Below are positions 30,040-38,429 of a stretch of 64,000 bases of DNA, piece by piece. The notes beneath the pieces were generated by a model that searched no databases, was not told the DNA's origin, and saw only the letters and a program-made list of their open reading frames with translations. The first letter of the stretch is position 1. The number at the start of each line of letters is the position of its first letter. This DNA is from Sulfurovum sp. TSL1 (GTDB lineage Bacteria > Campylobacterota > Campylobacteria > Campylobacterales > Sulfurovaceae): NCBI RefSeq assembly GCF_019972135.1, contig NZ_BPFI01000001.1, positions 43,106 through 107,105 on the forward strand, in the 5' to 3' direction. Made by a program: the position numbers and the translations under genes.

Positions 30040-30642
30040 ATGGGTGATGAAGAGCTTTTAACTATTGAAGATGACAAGAATCGAAAACTGTTTTATCGTT
30101 TCACACCTGCAGCTTTAATTTCAAATTTTGTGCCCTTGATCGTTATCCTGGATGAGGAAACAACACACTTTGAACACAAGATGTGGAATGTACTCACACC
30201 CCTGGGGCATTTCGGATCTGAAAACAAAGATCTCCTACAAACGCTTATAGAGCAAATCGCCGAAGAGTATGAATGTGAAGACCATATCTATCTATATGGA
30301 AGGGGAATGGACGGCTATGGGGCTATTTTGCACGGTATTTTATGCGGGGCCAATGCGGTCTATGCACATGCACCTCGCATAAGACTAGAAGAGACAAAGG
30401 GTGCAGATACACTCTCTCAAGAAAATGATCTAACCAATTTTTTAAATGCTACCGATACGTTTCCTGTTTTTTACCTGCGTGAGGATGAAAATGATCCGGA
30501 AGATGAAACAGCATATTTTGCAGATGCCTGTAAAAAACATGGGATCAAAGTGTATCTGGACTTTTGTCCAAAGTCAGAAGATGAAACACAGGTCATCAAA
30601 GAGGTTTTAGGTTTCTTTGAACGGATGGCTTCTGAAGGATAA
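30040..30642 (+). CDS. Hypothetical protein, degenerate alpha/beta-hydrolase-like (nucleophile elbow LYGRGMDGYGAIL with Gly in place of Ser)
   Basis: LYGRGMDGYGAILHG resembles the nucleophile elbow of the true alpha/beta hydrolase at 34810 (LFGHSMGGAIAL) but lacks the Ser. Confidence 0.35.
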   Translation: MGDEELLTIEDDKNRKLFYRFTPAALISNFVPLIVILDEETTHFEHKMWNVLTPLGHFGSENKDLLQTLIEQIAEEYECEDHIYLYGRGMDGYGAILHGILCGANAVYAHAPRIRLEETKGADTLSQENDLTNFLNATDTFPVFYLREDENDPEDETAYFADACKKHGIKVYLDFCPKSEDETQVIKEVLGFFERMASEG

Positions 30643-30692
30643 TGAGGACTCTTAATGAATAATGATGTAGACTTCTACAAAAAAGGATCTTT

Positions 30693-30914
30693 ATGGATAT
30701 GAGTATGCACATGGAACCGATCAATCTAGTGAAGTCATTGAACGGTACCTATAAACAGGCTGATAAAGAGATGGTCGTAGAGCTACTTAACGCCTATAAG
30801 GAAAAGAATAACTGTAGCTATAAACATGCATACGATATGATGGTTGAGGGAAATCCATCCTACTCTGCATACACCGCATGGAGACGTAAGTTAGCATCCG
30901 GCCAAGCCCTATAA
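30693..30914 (+). CDS. Small hypothetical protein (73 aa)
   Basis: ORF only. Third gene of the co-directional cassette. Confidence 0.3.
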   Translation: MDMSMHMEPINLVKSLNGTYKQADKEMVVELLNAYKEKNNCSYKHAYDMMVEGNPSYSAYTAWRRKLASGQAL

Positions 30915-31211
30915 ACATGTCTTGACGATCTTCTCTCCAAGGCTGTTCGCCGCTTGGTGCATCTCCCACCAGTATGCAAGCTCACGTGCCTCATTTGACT
31001 CTTTGTTGTTCATTATTTTCTCGAAAGTGTCACTATCTAAACCTTCGATCTCTGCAGACAACTGTGCCACACAGTCAACAAGAAAGTCATAATCATACGA
31101 GTTTGCACACTCTTGTACCTCTTCTGGCACCTTTTTCCCTTGTGATACGAGTAGATAAACATATAGCTGACAGTTCCTGCGCAATCGTAGTTCTTTGTTA
31201 GAGGGATTCAT
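30909..31211 (-). CDS. Hypothetical protein (100 aa)
   Basis: ORF convergent with and overlapping the 73-aa gene by 6 nt. Its promoter would lie in the 290-bp AT-rich region 31212-31502. Confidence 0.35.
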   Translation of the reverse strand: MNPSNKELRLRRNCQLYVYLLVSQGKKVPEEVQECANSYDYDFLVDCVAQLSAEIEGLDSDTFEKIMNNKESNEARELAYWWEMHQAANSLGEKIVKTCL

Positions 31212-31425
31212 GATCTGCTATCCTTTTTAAACATTTAAATGATCTATTTTTTGTTACTTTACCCTAGTAATGTTAAAGTTGCTTGAAGAGATTTGAAAAC
31301 AGTTATTTTTTGATGATCAAGAAGAGTTCTTGAAATTCTCTTTATTACTTTAAAACCTTATGAAGTTATATATTTTATGAGGTTTCTAAACTATATGTAT
31401 CTTTCAGCCTATTTCTTCTATACAT

Positions 31426-31434
31426 TGATATAAT
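31426..31434 (+). promoter_or_regulatory. Extended -10 promoter element TGATATAAT upstream of SPFH/zinc-ribbon gene pair
   Basis: TGnTATAAT match ~68 nt upstream of the ATG at 31503, within a 290-bp AT-rich divergent intergenic region. Confidence 0.35.
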
Positions 31435-31502
31435 TTGACTAAAACACTCAAATTAAATTTTTTCGTTAGAATAAAAAAACAAATATACAAGTAGGAGTAA
31501 TA

Positions 31503-32498
31503 ATGCCATTTTTTGACCCTTTAGAAAGACAGCTACGCTCAGTGATCCAATGGGATACAGATCATGAAGATGCATTGTTTTATAGGTGGAGCAGTAATGG
31601 TGATGAGATAAAGAATGCATCAAAGCTTATCGTAGGCCCCACACAAGGATGTATTCTTGTCTATGAAGGAAAGATCAGAGCTGTATTTGACAAAGAAGGG
31701 CTCTTTAATATCAAAACAGACAATATTCCCTTTATTACAACGCTTAAAAAAGTCATGCAATTCTTTGAGAGTGAGCATAAAGCAGAATTTTACTTCTATA
31801 AAAAAAATATCATTACTGATCAGAAATGGGGAACTGTAGCACCTGTTAAATACATCGATCCTGTTTATGACTTCCCTGTAGAGCTTATTGCTTTTGGTAA
31901 TTACAGTATGCAGATCAAAGATCCTAGAAGTTTCTTTGTCTCTATTGTAGGAGAGCAGGAATACTTCGGCATAGAGGATCTCAGAAAGATCATCAATGCC
32001 AGAATCGTTCATCCAATGAGTGATACCTTTGCTGAATCAAAAGTGTCATATAATCATATAGATGAACAAAGAGAAGAGTTGGGTGATGCACTTAGAGAAA
32101 AATTGGATAAAGAGTTCGATAAGCTGGGTTTTCATCTTTCAGACTTCAGGATTGAGGGAACTGAATTTGATGAAAATACCAGAGATAGAGTCGGAAAGAT
32201 AGCAGATACAAAAGCAACGCATTTTGCTGCAAAATCAGTGGGTGTAAGTTATCAGGATATGAGAAAACTGGATTCCCTTGAAGCAGCTTCAAAGAATGAA
32301 GGCGGGGCTGCAGGTGTATTTCTCGGAGCTGGTGCAGGTGAGGCATTGTCTCCAGAACTTAGAAAACCTTTTCAGGAATCTGAAGCAAAGCAGTCAGTAA
32401 CCCAAAGACTTCAGCATCTAAAAGAGATCTTTGATAATGAGCTTATCACAGAAGAGGAGTATACAAAGAAGAAACAGTCTCTTTTGGATGAAGTATAG
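31503..32498 (+). CDS. SPFH/band-7-like protein (COG4260 'virion core protein'-like) with C-terminal SHOCT domain
   Basis: Length and composition fit YdjI-like SPFH proteins. C-terminal RLQHLKEIFDNELITEEEYTKKKQSLL is a SHOCT-type motif. Confidence 0.5.
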   Translation: MPFFDPLERQLRSVIQWDTDHEDALFYRWSSNGDEIKNASKLIVGPTQGCILVYEGKIRAVFDKEGLFNIKTDNIPFITTLKKVMQFFESEHKAEFYFYKKNIITDQKWGTVAPVKYIDPVYDFPVELIAFGNYSMQIKDPRSFFVSIVGEQEYFGIEDLRKIINARIVHPMSDTFAESKVSYNHIDEQREELGDALREKLDKEFDKLGFHLSDFRIEGTEFDENTRDRVGKIADTKATHFAAKSVGVSYQDMRKLDSLEAASKNEGGAAGVFLGAGAGEALSPELRKPFQESEAKQSVTQRLQHLKEIFDNELITEEEYTKKKQSLLDEV

Positions 32499-33125
32499 AT
32501 GAAATGTAAATTTTGTTCAGCCCCATTACCTAAAAAAGGTCCTATCTGTGATTATTGTGGTCAACGAAACCCTCTAAACCTAAGAGCCCTTTCAAAAGTT
32601 GATATTGAAGATAAGAGTGAAGATCATAATTGTCCAGTTTGTGATGTTGCCTTTGACAATATTAATATAGGAAAAAGAGAGAGAATCGTTGTCAAAAGAT
32701 GTAATGACTGTGATGGTGTATTCATTACTGAGGATATTCTAGAACACCTTATCAAAAGAGAAGCAATCTTGAGAGTTGAAGTGGATCACAGAGTCCTTCG
32801 TTTTGTACAGGATAATCCCAGACAGAAACAAGAATCGGTCATCAGATACAAACGGTGTCCTGTCTGCGAGAATATGATGCAGAGGATCAACTACAGGTCT
32901 GTGAGTGGTGTGATAGTTGATAGATGCCTTAGACATGGAGTTTGGCTTGATGGAGGCGAACTTAAGCAGCTTTTTGAGTGGAAAAAAGCAGGAGGATCTT
33001 CAAAAAAAAGTGAAGTTTCGAGAAATAATCAATCATCCAATAGGGGATATATTTATGAAGAATCTAGAATATCTTCATATTTTGATCCATTAGGTGATTT
33101 TTTTAATTGGTTACAAGGCGGGTAA
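32499..33125 (+). CDS. Multi-zinc-ribbon protein (N-terminal zinc ribbon plus two TFIIB-type zinc-finger modules), YdjG-like
   Basis: CKFC...CDYC; CPVC...CNDCDGVF; CPVCENMM...CLRHGVWLDGGEL. Starts 1 nt after the SPFH stop. Confidence 0.5.
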   Translation: MKCKFCSAPLPKKGPICDYCGQRNPLNLRALSKVDIEDKSEDHNCPVCDVAFDNINIGKRERIVVKRCNDCDGVFITEDILEHLIKREAILRVEVDHRVLRFVQDNPRQKQESVIRYKRCPVCENMMQRINYRSVSGVIVDRCLRHGVWLDGGELKQLFEWKKAGGSSKKSEVSRNNQSSNRGYIYEESRISSYFDPLGDFFNWLQGG

Positions 33126-33293
33126 ATTTCTGTAGATACTATTGTCTTACAACCTTATAAAATGTGCCATAGAGGAGATTTTATAATGAAAACTGTTAAA
33201 ATAAAAATCCTAACTCTATAGTATTGATAAAGTAATAATCTACTACAAGCTATGGTATCATTTATAAAGAGAAGACATTTACATTGAGGTAAA

Positions 33294-33650
33294 GTGACGA
33301 TGAACTTTGAACAATTAGATACTTACTTACGATCAAAACAGGGTGTGACCTTTGATTACCCTTTTGATGAAAAAGTACGGGTGTATCGCATCGCTGACAA
33401 AATGTTTGCTTTAACTTCAGAAGAGAAACCTGTCTCGGTGAATCTCAAATGTGATCCGATCTATGCGTTGGAGCTTCGTTCACTCTATGAAGGTATCATC
33501 GCGGGTTACCATATGAATAAAAAGCATTGGAACACCGTGACGGTGGAGGATTCCGATGTCGATGATGAAACAGTGAAAGAACTGATAGACCACTCCTATG
33601 AGCTGGTGTATGAGAAATTGACCAAAAAACAAAAAGCTTTACTGGGGTAA
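33294..33650 (+). CDS. MmcQ/YjbR-family protein
   Basis: 118-aa sequence pattern of MmcQ/YjbR (DUF419) proteins. Classic neighbour of ogt. Confidence 0.55.
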   Translation: MTMNFEQLDTYLRSKQGVTFDYPFDEKVRVYRIADKMFALTSEEKPVSVNLKCDPIYALELRSLYEGIIAGYHMNKKHWNTVTVEDSDVDDETVKELIDHSYELVYEKLTKKQKALLG

Positions 33651-33652
33651 AG

Positions 33653-34168
33653 ATGAATACGATCAGCATACAATACTTTCAGACACCTGCGGGAGAAATG
33701 ATCTTAGGGGCCTATGACAATAAACTCTGTATGGCTGACTGGCGATACAGAAAGGGCAGGGAGACTATAGATAAAAGGCTGCAAAAGGGCCTTGATGCCA
33801 TGTTTGTCGAAGAGGAGAGTGAGGTGCTGGATTTGGCCAAAGAGGAGCTCGAAGCCTATTTTAAAGGCTTACGTCAAACATTTGATATTCCTTTGCTGTT
33901 GGTCGGTACAGCGTTTCAAAAGGCTGTCTGGCAGGAACTGCTTCAGATTCCTTTTGGCACCACTGTATTTTATAAGGAACTGTCTCAAAATATGGGCAAA
34001 ACGACGGCAGTAAGAGCTGTAGCTTCCGCAGTAGGTGCCAATGCGCTCTCTTTTTTCATACCTTGTCATCGTGTTATCGGGTCTGATGCTACTTTGAGAG
34101 GTTATGCCGGTGGTTTGGAAGCAAAGAAAAAGCTATTGGGACATGAACAAAATATCTTTACGATATAA
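33653..34168 (+). CDS. ogt: Methylated-DNA--protein-cysteine methyltransferase
   Basis: Active-site IPCHRVIG motif and C-terminal HTH of MGMT. 171 aa. Confidence 0.8.
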   Translation: MNTISIQYFQTPAGEMILGAYDNKLCMADWRYRKGRETIDKRLQKGLDAMFVEEESEVLDLAKEELEAYFKGLRQTFDIPLLLVGTAFQKAVWQELLQIPFGTTVFYKELSQNMGKTTAVRAVASAVGANALSFFIPCHRVIGSDATLRGYAGGLEAKKKLLGHEQNIFTI

Positions 34169-34195
34169 TCATTTTATAGTTTAAAGTAGGTAAAC

Positions 34196-34801
34196 ATGGA
34201 AAAGAAAAACTTTTTTGAATCTGTCTATGAGAATGTAGACCATGATGATCTCTCGTCCATCCCCTGGGCGACACTTGCACCCAACGTCTATTTGGAAAAA
34301 CACTTAACTCTGCAAGGGCCTGTTTCAGGTAAAAAAGCTCTGGTGATCGGCTGCGGTTTAGGCGATGATGCACTGATCCTGGAAAAGCATGGCTATGAAG
34401 TAGAAGCCTTGGATATCTCTCCCTCAGCAATAGACCTGGCGAAGAAGAGACATCCTGAAAGCAAGGTCGATTTTCATGTAGGCGATATCTATAATATGCC
34501 TGAATCTTCTGTCGGTAAATATGATTTTGTCTATGAAGGGTTGACCATTCAGTCTTTACCTCCTTCAGACAGAGAAAAATTGGTGGGTATCATCGTTTCG
34601 CTTGTGGCCAAAGAGGGAGAATTGTTCGTCTATGCACATGCACAGGATGATACAGATAATTATGGCGGACCGCCATGGCCATTGTATGCAGATGAATTTA
34701 CGCTTTTTGAAAAAGAAGGGATGGAACAGGTCTATCTTGATAAAGAAACAGAAAGTAAACCCGTAGCACCCTATAAATGTTGTGCACTTTACAGAAAATA
34801 G
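34196..34801 (+). CDS. Class I SAM-dependent methyltransferase
   Basis: Motif I VIGCGLGDDALIL followed by the acidic post-I residue (EALDIS). TPMT/TehB-like size. Confidence 0.65.
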   Translation: MEKKNFFESVYENVDHDDLSSIPWATLAPNVYLEKHLTLQGPVSGKKALVIGCGLGDDALILEKHGYEVEALDISPSAIDLAKKRHPESKVDFHVGDIYNMPESSVGKYDFVYEGLTIQSLPPSDREKLVGIIVSLVAKEGELFVYAHAQDDTDNYGGPPWPLYADEFTLFEKEGMEQVYLDKETESKPVAPYKCCALYRK

Positions 34802-34809
34802 GATAGCGT

Positions 34810-35739
34810 ATGTCGATCCAAAAGATCATTCTCATTCTCTTAATTGCAGTGTTGAGTTTGACCACCGACAGTGCAACAAAACTCTATGATATGGTGATGC
34901 ATTATGAACGTTATACTGCAGGGTTAGAGAAAAAATGTATCACTTTGGATTTTGGAAAGATGGTCTACCTTGAAAATCATGTCAAAAGTGATGAAACACT
35001 GCTGTTTGTTCACGGTTTTGGCGGGAACAAGGATACTTGGAACAGACTGATCGAAGCATTGGATGAGAAGTATCATGTCATAGTGGTCGACCTTCCCGGA
35101 CATGGGGAGAGTATTTCAGAAAAGACGTTGGGATATACGATGTCGGAGCAGGCAGAAAGATTATACAAATTTGTAGAAGCTAAGGATCTGAAAGGCTTTT
35201 ATCTCTTTGGACACTCTATGGGAGGGGCCATTGCATTACGCTATACGGGTAGTCACGAAGAAACGCTAAAGGCGCTCATCCTCATAGATGCTATGGGTCT
35301 TGAAAAAACAAAAAGTGATGGTGTGAAACTTGTAGAAAGATCCGATAAAAATCCACTTTATGATGTCTGTACGGAAGAGAGACTGGAAACACTTTTACGC
35401 TACTCTTTGTACAAGCCTCCCTATATTCCGGATATCATTAAAGAGGCACTGCTTCAAGAGAAGTGTCAAAGACGTGATCTGGAAAAAATACTCTATGAAG
35501 ATATGTATAAAGATGTCTGCTGTTTCAATGATCTTGCAAAAAGGATCCATATCCCAACCCTTATACTATGGGGAGAGAAAGACAGGATGACACACATAGA
35601 CAATGCAACCTTGTTTCATGACACCATTAAGAACAGTCAGTTGGTCACATTTAAAGAGATAGGACACGTACCGATACTTGAAGACCCTGAAAGAACGGCT
35701 GATGCGGTTGAGAGCTTCATTCAAGAAATGAAGAAGTAG
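34810..35739 (+). CDS. Alpha/beta hydrolase
   Basis: Signal/TM N-terminus, oxyanion HGFGG, nucleophile elbow GHSMGG, C-terminal His. Confidence 0.7.
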   Translation: MSIQKIILILLIAVLSLTTDSATKLYDMVMHYERYTAGLEKKCITLDFGKMVYLENHVKSDETLLFVHGFGGNKDTWNRLIEALDEKYHVIVVDLPGHGESISEKTLGYTMSEQAERLYKFVEAKDLKGFYLFGHSMGGAIALRYTGSHEETLKALILIDAMGLEKTKSDGVKLVERSDKNPLYDVCTEERLETLLRYSLYKPPYIPDIIKEALLQEKCQRRDLEKILYEDMYKDVCCFNDLAKRIHIPTLILWGEKDRMTHIDNATLFHDTIKNSQLVTFKEIGHVPILEDPERTADAVESFIQEMKK

Positions 35740-35804
35740 TCAGGGGAAAAAGGGTGCGATAATTTTATCAAAAAGATAATACATCCTTCCTAAGAGGTAA
35801 CTCT

Positions 35805-38294
35805 CTACATGTGTTTCTTAGTCTTAGAAGTAGCTATAGCAGTAAGTGGATCGTCTGGCCAGTAGTGTTTTTTGTATTTGCCTCTTAATTCTTTTTTTAC
35901 TTCTTCGTAAGTGTTTTTCCAAAAGTTCTCCAGGTCTTGTGTGACTTGCATGGGGCGTGAGGCCGGAGAGAGCAGGTGGATCATCAGTTTAACTTTCCCA
36001 CCCAGTACAGTAGGTGTGCTTTGGGTTCCAAACATTTCTTGGAGTCGTACCGCTAAGACGGGTTGTGCTATGTTAGTGTAATCTATGGCAATGTTTGAAC
36101 CACTGGCTACTTTTAACTTAGTAGGTGCCAGAGTGTCCAAAAGTTGCGTCTGTTCAAAACTCATTTGGCCCAAAAGTATGTTGTAAAAGTCTAAATTTTG
36201 ACATGCCCTGAGTGTAGTGATACCTGAGAGGTAAGGGGCTAACCATTTATCCATATTTGCTAAAAGATGTTCGTCTGAAAAGTCTGGAAATTCCATTTGG
36301 TGTGCATTGACAAAGTTTACTCTTTGTCTAAGCAGGAGGGCTTCTTTGCTCCAGTTTAGAGCATTTAATCCCAACGCTTCCAAGGCTTCAAGCAGTACAT
36401 CCAGTATTTCTTCGTTTGAGGTGTTCATGCGTTGTGTTTCGCGTAAAAGTATGGCACCTAAACGATGCACTCTACGCACTTCAACTCTTTGCTGTTCCTC
36501 GTTCCAATCGACCTCGTCACTTTGTTGTATCTGTACTTGAAGATGTGCTTCTATTTGTGTTTGTGTGAGCTCTATGGCTTTATAGATGGTGGCATCTTTA
36601 CTGCGGGCATCCAAATCAGATATCACTAAAAAACGTGCATGAAAAAGTGCATCACTTTTATGCAATGATGCACCTTTTGCATTAGAGAGCAGGTAGCTGT
36701 GGTTTTTTTCATAACGTTGTTTTGCTATGCGATCAGGGTAGGCAAAGGCCATGAGTATGCCAAGCATCTCTAGATCTATGGTTTCTTTTTGTACTTTTTC
36801 TATGCGTTTGGCATTGGCAAGTAGGTACTGGCATTGTTTGAGGTTGATACATTGCGTATCTACAGCTACTTTTTGCGCAACATCATGCAGTACAGAGACA
36901 CGTTCACGCATGTCTGATGAACCAAAAGCATTACGGTAGATGTCTTTTTCTGAAACCAAAACTGCTAACAGGGAGGCTTCATACGCAAGGCCCAGTGTTT
37001 GAGCCTTCAGCATCATGTGTGCCAGTCTTGGATGGAGTCCATAACGACTCATCGCTATACCATGCGGCGTAATCTCTCCTTTTTCATCCAGTGCACCTAG
37101 CTGTTGCAGAAGCTTCTTGGCATGGTTTACAGCAGAGCTCGGAGGGTTGTCCATCCATGAAAGCGCATCTATCTCATCATTTCCCCAACGTGCCAGCTCT
37201 AAAACCATTTGGCTAAGGTCAGCCAAGAGTATCTCAGGGACATCGTGTTTTAAAAGTATCTTGGACTTGTGCCAAAGATGATAGGCTTTTCCTTCAGACA
37301 AACGCCCCGCGCGTCCTGCTCTTTGGGTGGCAGAATCTTGGGAGATAAAGTGACTTTCAAGTTTGTTCATCCCCGAAAACGGGTTGAAGATGGAGACATT
37401 TTGAAGCCCGGAGTCCACCACTACGGTAATGCCTTCTATGGTCAAAGAGGTTTGAGCAATGTTGGTACTAAGTACCACCTTTCTGAAGCCTTTAGGTGGT
37501 GCATTTATGGCTCTGTCCTGTGCTTCTTTACTAAGGTTACCATAGAGTGTTGAGACAAAAACATCTTTGGGTTTGGTTGTGTTTAGAAGCTTTTCTACAG
37601 CTTTTATCTCTCTTACACCTGCTAAAAAAACGAGTATATTCCCTTCTTCTTTTTGTAATATACTGTGTAGAAGCGAATGTACGAAAGAGGGTAGCTCTTT
37701 TTTGTTTGGTTGAGGTGTATGGGTCGGTAGATAGATGCTATCTACAGGAAAAGAACGTCCCTCACTTTGTACAATGGGGGCGTGATCCATGAGTTCTGAA
37801 ATGGCAGAAGTATTCAGTGTTGCAGACATGATGAGTATCTTCAGGTCTTCTCGTAGTATGGACTGAGACTCAAGTGCTAAAGCCAAAGACAAGTCCGCAT
37901 GTAAAGAACGTTCATGAAACTCATCGAAGATGATGAGAGCCACATCTTCCAAGCTGGGGTCATGTTGTAGTTTACGGGTTAATATACCCTCTGTAATGAT
38001 GAGTATCTGTGTCTCTTGACTCTGTACAGATTCCATCTTTATCTGATAGCCGATGCGTTGACCTACTTTTTCACCTAGAAGTTCAGCCATACGGGCAGCA
38101 GAAGATCGCACTGCCAAACGACGAGGCTCCAACATAATGATCTTCTTACCCTTTAGCCAAGGTTCCTCTAACAGTGCTAAAGGAAGTGCCGTTGTTTTCC
38201 CTGCACCTGGTGGTGCCTGGAGTACTAAACGGTTGTTGTTTAGAAGTTTCTCTTTAACCTCGGGTATGACTTGGGTGATGGGTAGGGTTTTCAT
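35805..38294 (-). CDS. hrpB: ATP-dependent RNA helicase HrpB
   Basis: DEAH-box helicase motifs (PPGAGKTT, DEFHER), HA2 and OB domains, HrpB-specific C-terminal extension. 829 aa. Confidence 0.85.
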   Translation of the reverse strand: MKTLPITQVIPEVKEKLLNNNRLVLQAPPGAGKTTALPLALLEEPWLKGKKIIMLEPRRLAVRSSAARMAELLGEKVGQRIGYQIKMESVQSQETQILIITEGILTRKLQHDPSLEDVALIIFDEFHERSLHADLSLALALESQSILREDLKILIMSATLNTSAISELMDHAPIVQSEGRSFPVDSIYLPTHTPQPNKKELPSFVHSLLHSILQKEEGNILVFLAGVREIKAVEKLLNTTKPKDVFVSTLYGNLSKEAQDRAINAPPKGFRKVVLSTNIAQTSLTIEGITVVVDSGLQNVSIFNPFSGMNKLESHFISQDSATQRAGRAGRLSEGKAYHLWHKSKILLKHDVPEILLADLSQMVLELARWGNDEIDALSWMDNPPSSAVNHAKKLLQQLGALDEKGEITPHGIAMSRYGLHPRLAHMMLKAQTLGLAYEASLLAVLVSEKDIYRNAFGSSDMRERVSVLHDVAQKVAVDTQCINLKQCQYLLANAKRIEKVQKETIDLEMLGILMAFAYPDRIAKQRYEKNHSYLLSNAKGASLHKSDALFHARFLVISDLDARSKDATIYKAIELTQTQIEAHLQVQIQQSDEVDWNEEQQRVEVRRVHRLGAILLRETQRMNTSNEEILDVLLEALEALGLNALNWSKEALLLRQRVNFVNAHQMEFPDFSDEHLLANMDKWLAPYLSGITTLRACQNLDFYNILLGQMSFEQTQLLDTLAPTKLKVASGSNIAIDYTNIAQPVLAVRLQEMFGTQSTPTVLGGKVKLMIHLLSPASRPMQVTQDLENFWKNTYEEVKKELRGKYKKHYWPDDPLTAIATSKTKKHM

Positions 38295-38429
38295 GTCAGG
38301 ATTATACCTTAACCCGGGTTATGCAATAGATATACATTATTGCATCGAGGGTATTTATGAGAAAATCACTGATAGCCGGGGTATGAGTGTAGTGACATTT
38401 TCATAAGATGCTCTTGGATATTTGCACCC

